Assembly (NCBI RefSeq): GCF_020745735.1
Contig: NC_083443.1
Coordinates: forward strand, 33,612,937-33,676,936
DNA: 64,000 nucleotides
Source of the DNA: Hemiscyllium ocellatum
Taxonomy: Eukaryota
Direction of reading: 5' to 3'
A model generated the notes under the pieces. The model was not told the origin of the DNA. It searched no databases and saw only the letters and a list, made by a program, of their open reading frames with translations. Positions 50,928 through 63,878 of this stretch are shown here, in pieces (position 1 is the stretch's first letter; every line of letters starts with the position of its first letter). The position numbers and the translations under genes are program-made.

Positions 50928-52432
50928 CTACAAAAAGGAAAGCCATAAAATCATTCAGTAAGACTATCCACAACTCATCACAAATTGCTGTTTCATCTGC
51001 CATCTAAATTGGCTTTGGGTCACTAGTTTTGGCAAACATTTTCAAGAGAATGAAATTTAGCAGAGGGAACACAAATATTTTCACTGTACATCCATGAATC
51101 AATTCTTAATCTACATACAAGGCTTTCAAACTCCACAATTTTCAAAGAACAGCTTAAAAAAATAACTAATAAAGGTGAGCACATAGAAATGTATTAAAAG
51201 GAAAGAAAACCTAAACACTATGCTTAGCAAATAAACACTTCACACACAAACTTGCCCCATGATTCAGTTTACATCATCTGGAAAATCATAAACCAGAATT
51301 AAGCAAAGCTCAATCTCAAGACTCTAAAATAGTCATAAAGACGACTACAAAGAATGGTAATGAAAGGTTTGCAATCTTTGATTGCGAATGTATTGGTCTG
51401 GTCATTGATTGGACACAGCAAATGTGGGGTAACAAATGAGCACAAGTGTAACATAGAATTAACAACTCCTTTTCCCTCATTAGTGTCAGAAGTACAACTT
51501 TTACTTGAGCGCATTCCATCGGCACCTGTTGCCCTCTGGTGCCTTGTGATATATTACTTCTAAGACAGTTACTCATTCGTATTGTAGTCTTGTCAGTCAG
51601 TGCTATGATCAGGCCTGATATTCTGCCATTACCCAACCTTCTCTTGTGCCTGGCTTGCGGTTCACAGCCTAAGAGTGTAAAGGATAACTGAAGAGCAAGC
51701 TAAACCCGATAACAGTACAGACTGGGGAACAAAATGATGCATCTCAGGAACACTGGCAGGGCATTTAACAATTGACAATACACTAGAAATGTGCAGAGTG
51801 TTTTTTTTGTGGGCATTGTCTAATTCTATTTTATGACTCCAAACAAGCAGATGATTTGCTCTCACGACTCTATTGATGGCATTCTGAACAACCTTCAAAA
51901 AAGCCTGAGAAGGTTTGAGGCATTTTTACAAAGGGAAAGACAAAGCTGACACTCTCATTCGACATGTCAAATATTCCCAAGAACAATAAGTTACAATCAA
52001 CTGTTGGTGAACATTTGGAAAAACTGATCATTTCACAAGGCATGAAAACCAATTCCACAACATAAAAGCAATATTTATATGTCAATGTTTAAGGACTAAT
52101 TCATGAAATATAGTCAAATGATCATAAGTCAAGTATTTTTTTGCCCATCCCCATTTTCCTTTGAGTCAGTGGTGGAGAGTCAATGTCTTGAAATGTTGCA
52201 GTCCATTTGTTGCTCATAGATAGGAAACTTCAGGACTTTGATCCAGGAATTATGAAGGAACAGTAATTTATTCCCAAATTGGGATGGTTTGTGGTTTGGA
52301 AGAGAATTTGATTTAAAATATTCTGACAGTCCTGTTCCTCAAAACGTCAATGTTGAATCAAATTCAACTAGAGAGATTTTATTCACCTGTGAATAATTAT
52401 ACAATTGTAGAATGTGACAGTCCAGAAGCAAG

Positions 52433-52752
52433 TTAGATTAGATTAGATTACTTTCAGTTTGGAAACAGGCCCTTTGGCCCAACAAGTTCACACCGCCGAT
52501 GCGTAACCCACCCAAACCCATTCTCCTACCTTTACCCCTTCACCTAACACTACGGGCAACTTAGCATGGCCAATTCACCTAACCTGCACATTTTTGGATT
52601 GTGGGAGGAAACTGGAGCACCCGGAGGAAACCCACGCAGACACAGGGAGAATGTGCAAACTCCACACACAGAGTCGTCTGAGGAGAGAATTGAACCCGGG
52701 TTTCTTGGCGCTGCGAGGCAGCAGTGCTAACCACTGTGCCACCGTGTCACCC
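52433..52752 (-). mobile_element. HE1-type V-SINE, same subfamily as 46034-46340
   Basis: close reverse-complement match; (TTAGA)n tail. Confidence 0.92.
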
Positions 52753-53564
52753 ACTTTGGCCTATTTAATTTATGATTGTTTTAACAACATTTGAATTAAT
52801 CCCAATGTCCTGCCTTTACACCAAAGCCCCAACATTTTTCCTCCTTTAGTGTCCCCCACTCTTGAAAGAGAAGAGTGCAGTAGTCTGCATCTATTTTTTA
52901 GATAGTGCATTCCAGATCTAAACAGCTGTTAGATGAAAAATGGTTTCTTCCGTCATCTTTGGATCTTTTGTTAGTCACTTTATATTAATGCTAACAGTCC
53001 TAAAGTCTTTAATCCACCTACTTAATTGAAGTTTCTCACCCTGGAGCCATTTTCTTTCAACTCTTCTGCACTTTCTGTAATACTTTCTTTCTAGAACTGC
53101 AGTTGAGATCGATATAACTTTCTCTCTTTTGGACTCTACGTCTCTATTAATAAAGCTTCGGATGCTGCACGCTATTTAACTGTTCTTTCAACTTGTCCTG
53201 CTACCTTCAATGATTTGTGCACCATGACTTCGGCACCCCCTTTAGAGCTCTGGTCTTTATTTTATATTATCTCTCCATGTTCTTCCTACCATAATGAATC
53301 ACTTCTCCGTTTCTGCATCGAATATTTGTTTGCTCATGCCTCTAAACTTTGTCGTTCTGAAGTTTTACACAATCTCCCCACAGTTCACAATCTGTCCAGG
53401 TGCCTCATGATTTTGAAAACCTCCACCAAAGTTCTGCTCAATGTTTCCTTCTTCAAGGAGAACGATTCAACTGCTCCAACCCATTCAAGTAACTGAAGTC
53501 CTCATCCCTGAAACTATTCCTGTAAATCTCTCTAATGTCTTGTAAATTTTAAAGTTATAATTAC

Positions 53565-53727
53565 CTGAATCTTCGCTGTCATAACAGGTCCTGTACTGGT
53601 GAGAATCTGCTAGGGCCAGATCCTGTACAGACACAGGGGTGCCTCTCGGATCTGCATACAAAAGTAGTAACGGTTGATAGTGGCTCTTAATGCATCTGGT
53701 CAGTACGTCCTTCCACTTGGGTCCAAT
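53565..53727 (-). CDS. USP54: USP54 exon (end of the USP domain)
   Basis: atttag|ATT...G|gtaatt; [33 protein letters not shown]; 163 bp. Confidence 0.95.
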
Positions 53728-54503
53728 CTAAATCAAAAGTATGAAGAATTGCAACACTGGATTTGTTACTGTACTGCCTTATCCGCATGAACTGTTTCAA
53801 TTTTTGTGAAACTGGCATTCATAATACAAAAATGTCTAAAAATATGGCCTTCATAAAACTTAAACTGTACTTAGTCATGTTACATGCTAATTTATTTCTG
53901 ACCGTTTGTGGGAACTGGAGCGAAAGCTCCTTGCAACAGTAACAAACAGGGAACTCATTCCTAATTTGGGTCAGATGCTTTTATGTAAAAAGGAACAAGA
54001 GCAACTATTTTCAATTGGCAATCTCAACTGAGAATTGCATATAGAGGTAAAAGTAGGAGAAAAGTAGAAGAAAAAGGCTGCATAGTCACAGATATATTTA
54101 GGTAACATTGCATACAACCAGTAAATCCTACAGGTGGCATGGTTCTGAATTAAACATTGCAGCATTCAGATGAAATTACTGAGAGGGAAAATGTTCCGAC
54201 CATTCCACACACCTTCATTATGCATGTGCTTTTATACATATAGGGGGTGGCAGGGGAATGGCTTACATTCTTTCACGCAGTTGTCAGAATTTACAGTTCA
54301 AACAACATTCTAAATCATGCACATGGGAAGTAAAGGTATAAGCAAAGCATAAGACGGCTAAAGTCACGGCTGTCACAGTTATCTTATTAATGAGCTACAT
54401 TCATCTCTAGGTGATCAGTCATTTGGAGGCCAAGAATTTAATGTCTCTTAAAAAAAAATACATCAATGACAATAATGCAGCGTTTTAGGTAAAGACCTCC
54501 TAC

Positions 54504-54653
54504 CTCTTTCACATGGGCATCATCAAAATACATCCACTTGCGAATTTTTGTTTGGAAAAAGAAGGTAGAATAGTGTTTACCATAGTAACACACCATCCCT
54601 ACCAAATAGAGCTCTGTGTGTTTAGCTTTATCATCTGTCACCCGATAGAAAAG
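54504..54653 (-). CDS. USP54: USP54 exon (His/Asp box)
   Basis: ttgcag|CTT...GAG|gtagga; [50 protein letters not shown], which is USP54-type rather than USP53-type. Confidence 0.96.
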
Positions 54654-56239
54654 CTGCAAAATACAAAGGATATCCAATAAAAGACAGATTAAATTATGGC
54701 AGGCTATGTCTAATCAGCCTGGTTTACAATGGTAAGAGATTATGTCAATTGCCGCTTTAGGTATTTGTGCTTTTCAGAAAGCAAAATGGCAAATCTTAGT
54801 CCATCGACCAATGAACAAGATAAAACATTGACTAAATTACCTGAAATCAAGCTTTTTTATATGCTAGTCAATGTTTCAATTTAAGAGCATGGGGTGCTGT
54901 TTATGCCTATTGTTTGACCTTGTTGGAAACAATACAATGTTGCAGACATCAAGGCTCCTAAACATTCCACAAATTACCCAAGGGGGTTTACTGGCCACTG
55001 TTTATTAACGAGAGAATTAGAACCCAAGAGTGCGCGGATGCATAGCTGGAAATAAAAGATCTGGGAGGACCATAAATGCTGTGAGATTTCTGTACTCCTT
55101 GGTATACTCTTTCGGCCTCAGTTAAGACTCACCAAGAGTACACCATGATAAGCTCAAACTAAGAGGGGGAGGGTGGTGGGGACAACTCTAAATTAACAAA
55201 AAACGATTTTGTGTTAATACATTTTATGCTTTTCAATATTTGTGCCTTTGTCAACCACATTAAAACCTTTATCAATAGAGATTCTAGGCAGTGGACTGAG
55301 TCTACATTTAAAATTCTATTGTAGAATTAGTGAAATATGATTTATATTTGTAATCTGAATTTGGACCCAGAAACATATAATGTATTTCATTTTTAAATTC
55401 AGAAAGGGTTTTTATTTTGCTTTTTTTTCCACTGTATTGAAAAAAACACATGACAATCAGCCATGGAATGTGGACAATAGATTCAAATTGGCAAGGCAAC
55501 TTAATAAAAAGGAACAGACAGTTGCCATAACAAATGCTGTGACTGCTGAGTTATTTAATCAGTTCTTCACTGATTTTATTTCTGCATTCCAGACCTGACA
55601 GCGACTGTTTAGAGAAAAATGCAGTGCAATCAATGGATACTCCCAGACTTTTTTCTAAATTTCTGATCTACATTTATAGTCTCAAATGTTTCCATTCAGT
55701 ACAATTACATTTTAAAAAGCTATAAACTTGTGTTGCTAAGGCAACAGCAAACAGTTATTCTCATCTTCTATAAAGAGAATTGAAAAATGGCACAAAAATG
55801 GAAACTAGCAAATCTTTCGCTAAATCTACAAAGTGCAAACACAATTCAGACACTAATAAGCAGAGGACAGAAATACATTGTGGCCTGTACATTTTAATCT
55901 ACAATAGCACCTAAGCTGGCTCATGAGCCACAGTAATGCATAACATTCACAGAAATGGTGCAATGCATGTAACTAAATGGTGAAGCGGTACATTAGTTCA
56001 ACAGTATTTTTCCAATAATGAATGTCTTCAAATGAATTAGCCTATAATCTTTTGCAGCCAAAACTGACCTTAAAATACAAAATAAATGTTCAAAATATCA
56101 AGTAGATTGCTCGTCAGTAACTTCAATGCTGATTTCCACCATAGAGATGGTGGGCAATGTCAAAATAAAAGTGTTCTAAAACTACCAACACATGCCACTT
56201 TCATGCCTACATGAACTCCTAATGTTCTACCAATTCCAT

Positions 56240-56790
56240 TAGATCATTCAAGGTGCGAGACAGGTGTAAATAGCAATTAATGAATCAGTGTCCTTGGCTT
56301 TATTAAAAGAGGCTTAGAGTACAGGGCAAGGATTTGATGTTGAACCTCTAAGATATGTGCTATAACTGGTGTACAGTGTACAGTTGTGGGCATCACATTA
56401 GAGGAAAGATGTGAATGCATTGGAGAGAGTGCAGAAGAGGTTTATGAGAATGGTTCTAAGAATGAGAAACTGCAGTTAGGAGGGTAAATGGAAGAAGTCA
56501 GGACTGCTCTCCTTGGAGAGAAGAGGTTTTCAAAACCATGAGCAGGCTGGATAGAGTAGATGGGGAGGAGTTGTTCCTGCCTGGTAAGGTTTAAATGTGG
56601 TAAAGATGACAATGTTTTCACATATCGGATATGAAACATAGTGGAGCCAGGATCAATTGAGTTCAAGAGGGTGGATAATTATTTGAATACAAATAGTGTG
56701 CAAGGGTAAGGGGATAAAAGGAGATTGACACTTGTAACGATGCTTGTTTGAAGGCATGACTGGCCAAATGGCTCCAAATGATTCTGTGAT
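56240..56790 (+). mobile_element. decayed CR1 3' fragment
   Basis: remnants such as gcattggagagagtgcagaagaggttt (ALERVQKRF). Confidence 0.65.
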
Positions 56791-56944
56791 TTAATCAGAA
56801 TAATAAATTTGAGAGTTATAAATGAATAGTTCTTTACAAACTAGGTTATAAAGCTACAATATTAACAGATGACTTGCACTTCAAATGATGAGAGGCAAAG
56901 GAAGCAGCACTAACTCAAATCAAAGAACTGCATTAGAACTAAAT

Positions 56945-57095
56945 AAAAAACCCAAAAAAACTGCAGATGCTGTAAATCAAAAACAAAAATAGGAGTTCCT
57001 AGAAAAGCTCAGCACGTCTGGCAGCATCTGTGAAGAGAAATCAGAGTTAACATTGGGCTGCTGGACCCAAAATGTTATCTTTGATTTCTCCGCAC
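56945..57095. mobile_element. Penelope-like family C fold-back element, decayed
   Basis: gagaaatcagagttaacatt / aatgttatctttgatttctc inverted arms. Confidence 0.6.
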
Positions 57096-57129
57096 ATAAT
57101 TTAAATTACGGCAAATGCTCATAGACGTT

Positions 57130-59103
57130 TAGAACATAGAACACAAAAAAAAAGCGCAGTACAGGCCCTTCGGCCCTCGACGTTGCGCCGACTGAAGCCT
57201 ACCTAACCTACACTAGCCCAATAACCTCCACATGCTTATCCAATACCCGCTTAAATGACCATAAAGAGGGAGAGTCCACCACTGCTACTGGCAGGGCATT
57301 CCATGAACTCTCAACCCGCTGAGTAAAGAATCTACCCCTAACATCTGTCTTATACCTACCACCCCTTAATTTAAAGCTGTGTCCCCTAGTAACAGCTGAC
57401 TCCATTAACAGAAAAAGGTTCTCACTGTCAACCCTATCTAAACCCCTAATCATCTTGTACACCTCTATCAAATATCCCCTAAACCTTCTTTTCTCCAATG
57501 AGAACAGCCCCAAGTGCCTCAGCCTTTCCTCATACAATCTTCCTACCATGCCGGACAACATCCTGGTAAACCTCCTCTGCACTCGTTCCAATGCCTCCAC
57601 ACCCTTCCTATAGTATGGCGACCAAAACTGCACACAATACTCCAGATGAGGCCGCACCAGAGTCTTATACAACTGCAACATGATCTCAGGATTCCGGAAC
57701 TCAATTCCTCTACCAATAAAGCCCAGTACGCCATATGCCTTCTTCACAGCACTATTTACCTGGGTGGCAAATTTCAGAGATCTGTGTACATGGACACCAA
57801 GATCCCTCTGCTCATCCACACTACCAAGTAGCCTACCATTAGCACAGTAACCCATCTTCTTGTTACTCCTACCAAAGTGAATGACTTCACACTTAGCTAC
57901 ATTGAATTCCATTTGCCACCTTTCTGCCCAGCTCTGCAACTTATCTATATCCCGCTGTAACCTGCCACATCCTTCTTCACTGTCCACAACTCCACCGACT
58001 TTCATGTCATCCGCAAACTTGCTCACCCAGCTTTCAAGCCCCTCCTCTAGGTCATTTATAAAAATGACAAACAGCAATGGTCCCAAAACAGATCCTTGTG
58101 GAACACCGCTAGTAACTGCACTCCAAGATGAACCTATACCATCAACTACTACCCTCTGTCTCCTTCCAGCCAGCCAATTCCTAATCCAAACCTCTAATGC
58201 ACCCTCAATGTCATACCTCCGTAGTTTTTGCATTAGCCTACCACAGGGTACCTTATCAAACGCCTTGCTAAAATCCATATACACACATCTACTGCTTTAC
58301 CCTCGTCCACTTCCTTGGTCACCTTCTCAAAGAACTCAATAAGGTTTGTGAGGCACGACCTGCCCTTCACAAAACCATGCTGACTATCCTTGATCACATC
58401 CAGATGTTCATAAATCCTATCCCTTACAATTCTCTCTAAGACTTTGCCCACAACAGAAGTGAGACTCATTGGCCTATATAGTTACTAGGGCTATCTCTAC
58501 TCCCCTTCTTGAACAAGGGGGCCACATTCGCTATCCTCCAGTCTTCTGGCACTATTCCCGTAGACAACGACGACATAAAAATCAAGGCCAATGGCTCTGC
58601 TATCTCCTCCCTATCTTCCCAGAGGATCCTAGGATAAATGCCATCAGGCCCAGGGGACTTATCTATTTTCATCCTTTCCAGTATTCCCCAGACCTCTTCC
58701 CTACATACCTCAAGGCCATCCATTCTAATCACTTGTGACTCAATATTCACATCAGCAACAGTGTCCTGTTCCTGAGTGAATACTGACGAAAAGTATTGAT
58801 TTAGTGTCTCTCCAATCTCCTCCGCCTCCACACACAACTTCCCACTACTATCCTTGACTGGACCGATACCTAGCCTATTCATCCTTTTATTCCTGACATA
58901 CCTATAGAAAGCCTTCTCGCTGCTCTTAGCTCTCTCTTTAGATCCTTCCTGGCTACCTTATAACTCTCAATCGCCCCAACTGAACCTTCACGCCTCATCT
59001 TTACATAGGCCGCCCTTTTCCCTTTCACAAGGGATTCCAATTCCTTATTAAACCACGGCTCCCTCACAAGACCCTTTAATCCCTGCCTGACTGGTACATA
59101 CTT
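57130..59103 (-). mobile_element. CR1 LINE, 5'-truncated, frameshifted ORF2 (reverse transcriptase)
   Basis: four consecutive ORFs: KSPGPDGIYP, QHGFVKGRSCLTNL, YMDFSKAFDKV, GVPQGSVLGPLLF, FADD, RPHLEYCVQFWSP. Confidence 0.95.
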
Positions 59104-59605
59104 AGCAGAAAACAGAAGAGGCCCTTTGGTCTGAAGAAAATTGAAGCCCGTTTGACAACGTCTAAATGCATTTCCTATGCACCTTGTTACTGGTCTTAAG
59201 CAATTCAGAAAGCTTAGTCCACCATGACATATCCATCATAAATCTACAATTATCAGTTAATACTTATCCAAATGTTCAGTCACTCCAGCTCTGAACATTT
59301 CTAGAAATTTATCCACATCTGGTGTCAAACTGATAGGCCTGCAGTGTCCAGTGTCCTCCTGCTCATCCTTGATGCAATAGCAGCATTTACAATTTTCCAA
59401 TCCATTAGATTGGATTCCTTAATCTTTTGACCTTCGGAAAATTGCGCACGTAAATCCAACTATATTTTCCTTTGCCATTACTTTACTTCAATTAAACCTA
59501 ATCCCCTACTGAATCTGCTTTTAGAGTTCTTGTTGTTAATATTTTTGAGAATTTAGATTTTTTTCCCCCTTATTGTGCAATAATAAACAGCTATGGTCAT
59601 CTTAC

Positions 59606-59752
59606 ATCTCCCAACTTGAGGCACGTTCCTAGGCTATGGATCACATCTTCAGCAAGATCAGAATGATCAGAGTCCCAGACCAGACCAATCGTAATTATCT
59701 CCGGCGAGTTCATCAACACTTTGCGGATTCTGATCTTCTCACCACAGTTGCT
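59606..59752 (-). CDS. USP54: USP54 exon (USP domain); earlier exons probably lie beyond 64000
   Basis: tttacag|AGC...GAT|gtaaga; [49 protein letters not shown]; 147 bp. Confidence 0.95.
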
Positions 59753-59983
59753 CTGTAAAGGAAATCAAAAGTTATTTTTTGAGAAGAAAAGATGTACGTA
59801 GTTCCCTCCATGATACATATAAAACAAAGACAAATAAGAACAATGCCTACTTTACACTGACAGGTCAAAATTAAGTCTGAGAGATAATTGTCAGGAGGCT
59901 GCTATTCAGCCCACAGAGTTCACATAGCTCTCAGTATAGCAATCCAATCACCCTCATTTTACTGCTGAGAAAATTTAGAACTT

Positions 59984-60115
59984 ATGAAGAAGGGTCACTA
60001 CACCCAAAATGTTAACTCTGCTTTCTTGCCACAGATGCTGCCGTACTTGCCAAAATGTTTCAGCAAGTTCTGGTTTTGTTTCTGATTTCCAGCACCTGCA
60101 GTTCTTCAGTTTTCC
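59984..60115 (+). mobile_element. Penelope-like family C arm with a decayed hammerhead
   Basis: tgaagaagggtcactacacccaaaatgttaactctg..cacagatgctgcc. Confidence 0.6.
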
Positions 60116-60119
60116 TCAA

Positions 60120-62460
60120 ATGAGGCCATTTAGGTAAAATTTATAGACAAATAAAAGGGACAATCACACTGTTAGGAGAGTACTACAGTCGCCCAAAACA
60201 ATCACAAGAGATACAGAGGGCAGATATGCAGGCAGATCACAATGAAGTTTAAAAATAACAGCAACAATTGTAAGGGATTTCAAGCTTTCCAATACTAACT
60301 CAGAACTTTTGCCTAACTCTTTCATGGGTTATGAGTGCAAGTAGCTAGGTCAACATTTAATGCCCAGCCTTAACTGCCCTCAAACCCAGTGGCTTGCTTG
60401 GCCTTTTCAGAGAGTTAACGACAGTGCTGAGAGTCGAGAGTCACAGGAAGCCAGAGCAGGTAGGGAACAACAGATTTCCTTCCCTAAAAGGACATTAGCA
60501 ATCAGGTGGGTTTTTACAAGAATGTTTATATATGGTTGCCATTAGACAAGATTTTCACACCACATTTTTACTGAATTCAAATTTCATCACCTGCCATAAT
60601 ATGTTTTGAACCCACATCCCCAAAATGATTAATCGAGTTAGGTTACCTTAATGTCACAGTCTCCCCATCAGACAGTGTACAGGACTTAAAGGCGGCACAA
60701 CAGTTAAAATTTATCTAGTGAGCTTTTTAGGAAAAGGAAAAGGACAAAGAGAGGACAGAATCAAGATTGTGAGTAATGTTACGGACTGTGGAAGGCCAAT
60801 TTTAATATGATAAGACAGGAACTGGTCAAAGTGGACTAAGAGCAGGTACCTCTACATCACAGAAATGAGAGTTCTTCAAAAACGAAACAGTAAAAGTGCA
60901 AGGCCAGTATGCTCTTGTAATGGTAAAGGATGGCCACTGAAGAGGTGCCAGAGAACAGAAGGGCAGCTAATTTGGTACAATTATTTAAGATGGGATGGTA
61001 AGGAAAAACGAAAAACTTGCAGACCAGGGGTAGGGGAACTATTGAAATAGATTCTGAGGCGCAGAACTCATCTCTACTTGGAGAGGAAAGCATTAATCAA
61101 GGATCGTCAACATTATTTTGTCAGGGGAGATCATGTCTTACAAATTTGAGTGTAAGTTTTCGAGGAGGTGACTAAGTGTGCAGATATGGGTTGCAATTGG
61201 TGGATCTACATGAATTTCATTAAGGATTTTGACAAGATCTCATACACTATTGGAATGATGTGATTAAAAAGAGAGGGCGCAGAAGAGATTGTTTCATTCA
61301 TTCATGGGAGGTGAGTGTTGCTGGTTGAGCTGGGCCAGCATTTATTCCTGATCTCCAGCTGTCCTTGAGAAGTTGGTGGTGAGCTGCCTTCGTGAGCCAC
61401 TGCAGCCCATTTGGTTTTAGTTAGAGCCCACAATGGCATTGGGAGGGAGTTCCAAGATTTTGACCGATCAACAGTAAAAGAATGGTGACAAAAAGTGAGA
61501 GTGCACTGAAGGTTTACTAAACTGATTCATGGGATGGCAGGATTGACACATGAGGAGAAGTTGAGTTGTTTCTGATTGTACTCACTGGAGTTTAGAAGAA
61601 TGAGGGGTGGTGTCATAGAAATCTATAAAATTTTAACAAGGTTGGATAGATTAGATGCAGGAAGGATTGTGGGGAGTCCAGAACAAGGAGTCAAAAGCAT
61701 TAGGAGTAAATCTGTTAAGAGTGAGATGAGAAGAAATTTCTCAGACAGCAGTGAGCCTGTGGAATTCACTACCATAGAAAGTGGCTGAGGCCAAAATATT
61801 GTGTCTATTCAAAGATGAGGTTGATATAGCTCTTGTAGCCAAGGGAATTCAAGAGATATTGGGAGACAGCTGGCGTAGGGCATTGAGCTCAATGGTCAGC
61901 CATGATCATAATGAGTGGCAAAGCAGGCTTGAGGGGTTGAAAAGCTATTCCTTCTATTTTCTATGATTTTAAAAATATTTCTATATTTCCAAGTCAGGAT
62001 GTCAAGTGACTTGGAGGGGAAATTGCCTGGGCTAGAGCATGGAGACAGACGAGACAGGGTGGAGTTAATTTCCCTGCAGCATAGAAGACTTACAGGGAAT
62101 TGGATTAAGATGTACAAAATTAGGGGGTGGGGGGGCAGGAGGAGGAGGAGGCGGAGGCGGAGGCGGAGATAGGACAGATTAGAAGAGTCCCCTTAGTGGA
62201 AGAGTCTATAGCCAGAGTCCCATACTTAAGGTAAAGGCAGATTTAGAGTGATTTTGAGTAAATTGTGTTTCACCCAGAGGGTGGGAACTATCTTGAACTC
62301 ACTGCCTGAAAGTGCGTTAGAGGCAAGAACCCTCTCAAATATTTAGGAAGTGTTTAGATGAACACTTCAAACACTATTGCATAGAAGGCTACAGGTCAAG
62401 GGCCGGAAAACAAGTAGACAGTGTCAGATGGCTGGCGTGGACACAATGGCCTGAAGTTAC
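60120..62460 (+). mobile_element. cluster of decayed CR1 fragments with nested SINE/LINE tails
   Basis: YSLEFRRMRGGVIEIYKIL (61576 ORF), QHYFVRGRSCLTN-like remnant at about 61110, tcacccagagggtg..actcactgcctga. Confidence 0.7.
62138..62168. repeat. (GGA)n/(GGAGGC)n microsatellite
   Basis: direct reading. Confidence 0.85.
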
Positions 62461-63517
62461 TTCAGGCAGATTTTGTAACACTCTGACCTAACTAAAAAAT
62501 ACTGCAATGACATACTGTCCAAACAACTTAGCATGTGTTATAAATAAATTATCTTCCCTTTACTGGACCATGAGAAGGAAGTGGAAAAGTTGAAGCTTCC
62601 AAACAGTCAGTTAACATAAAGATCAGGAAAGCACCAGGTTCAACTTTCAGCCTTGGTTAAGTCAACTGAGCATTGTAATCAGCCGTAATACCCAGCCTGA
62701 GAGAAGAAGTGGAAATAGGTCAACCAGCCAATATATCTAACACCCATTCAGGACTCTCACTACTGGTGGAGTCTTCAACTGTTTGCAGAGGCTAAACAAT
62801 AATCAGTCTTATTAGAAATTTTAATTAACTTGAAAAAAGTATACAGCTTGCAGTGCTGAAAATTTATGAAAACTTTGAGTGCGATTAAAACAGTATAATC
62901 TGACACTTCCCAAATGAAATAATTGAAAACTTTCCTACTTACAAAGATGCAAAATAATTTTTGCTGACTAAATATTGAAATTGACAAACTGTATGCTACA
63001 ATTTATGTATTTGTAAGTATGAATGGCTATCTCCACCTCATACCATCCTAGCTTAGTGACAGAAGGTCAAAACAAATCATTATAATATACCCTGGCAGTC
63101 TCAGAACCTTTGTGTGGCGGTAATCCAAACCTTGTATTATCAAGTCCAAACACCCAATAATGTCATTGTATTTCACTTGTATGATAAATCTATTTCCAAA
63201 AAATATGCACAACTATTTACAATTTTCATTTTAAAACAATTAATTTCTATACTGCACAGTTTCTGCTGAGCCGGTTACTGAGATCAATAAAAGATCATTA
63301 CTCATTGTGATATACACAAGCATGTTTAAATGCAACAGACACAGTTGTCACATATTTTAAACAGAGTCTTTCCATTTCCTAATTAATTATTGCCAATGAT
63401 CGATTCTGAGTCAGTAGCAATTATATGCTCAGCATCACTGCAATAAATGCTAAACAGTAACTTGAAGATTCATCTTCTCCTCTTCCTCCCACACTACAAT
63501 ATGTGCAATTTGATGTA

Positions 63518-63734
63518 CAGGTATCTCCGATTTTTGAACGTTGACTCTACGCAAATTCGCTTTTACAAAAGACCTACATAGTACCTGCTTTCACGAATCC
63601 AAAAAGGATTTTCGCTTTAACGAAAATCTGTGATACTTTTTCATATTTAAATAATATACCTCCAGTTTATGCCATTTCCAGATTATGAAAGATTTACTGG
63701 GAAGGCTCTAGTTTTGGATAGTGGGGGCTACCTG
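63518..63734. mobile_element. Tigger/pogo-like MITE
   Basis: TA|CAGGTATCTCC ... GGGGGCTACCTG|CA; imperfect TIRs. Confidence 0.55.
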
Positions 63735-63878
63735 CATGGATTTTTGGAACGTATTCTGGTAGGTGAACAAACACTTTGGATCTGATTCACTAAGTAGGAC
63801 ACAAATAACCTTCAGGAAACGTTAGGGGACACACGATCAACCACGGAGGAGGAACTGAAGGAAATCCTTATTAGTCAG

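Noticed and set aside
61963-62172. ORF ending in poly-Arg (protamine-like)
   Set aside because: Translation of a GGA/GGAGGC microsatellite inside a decayed CR1.
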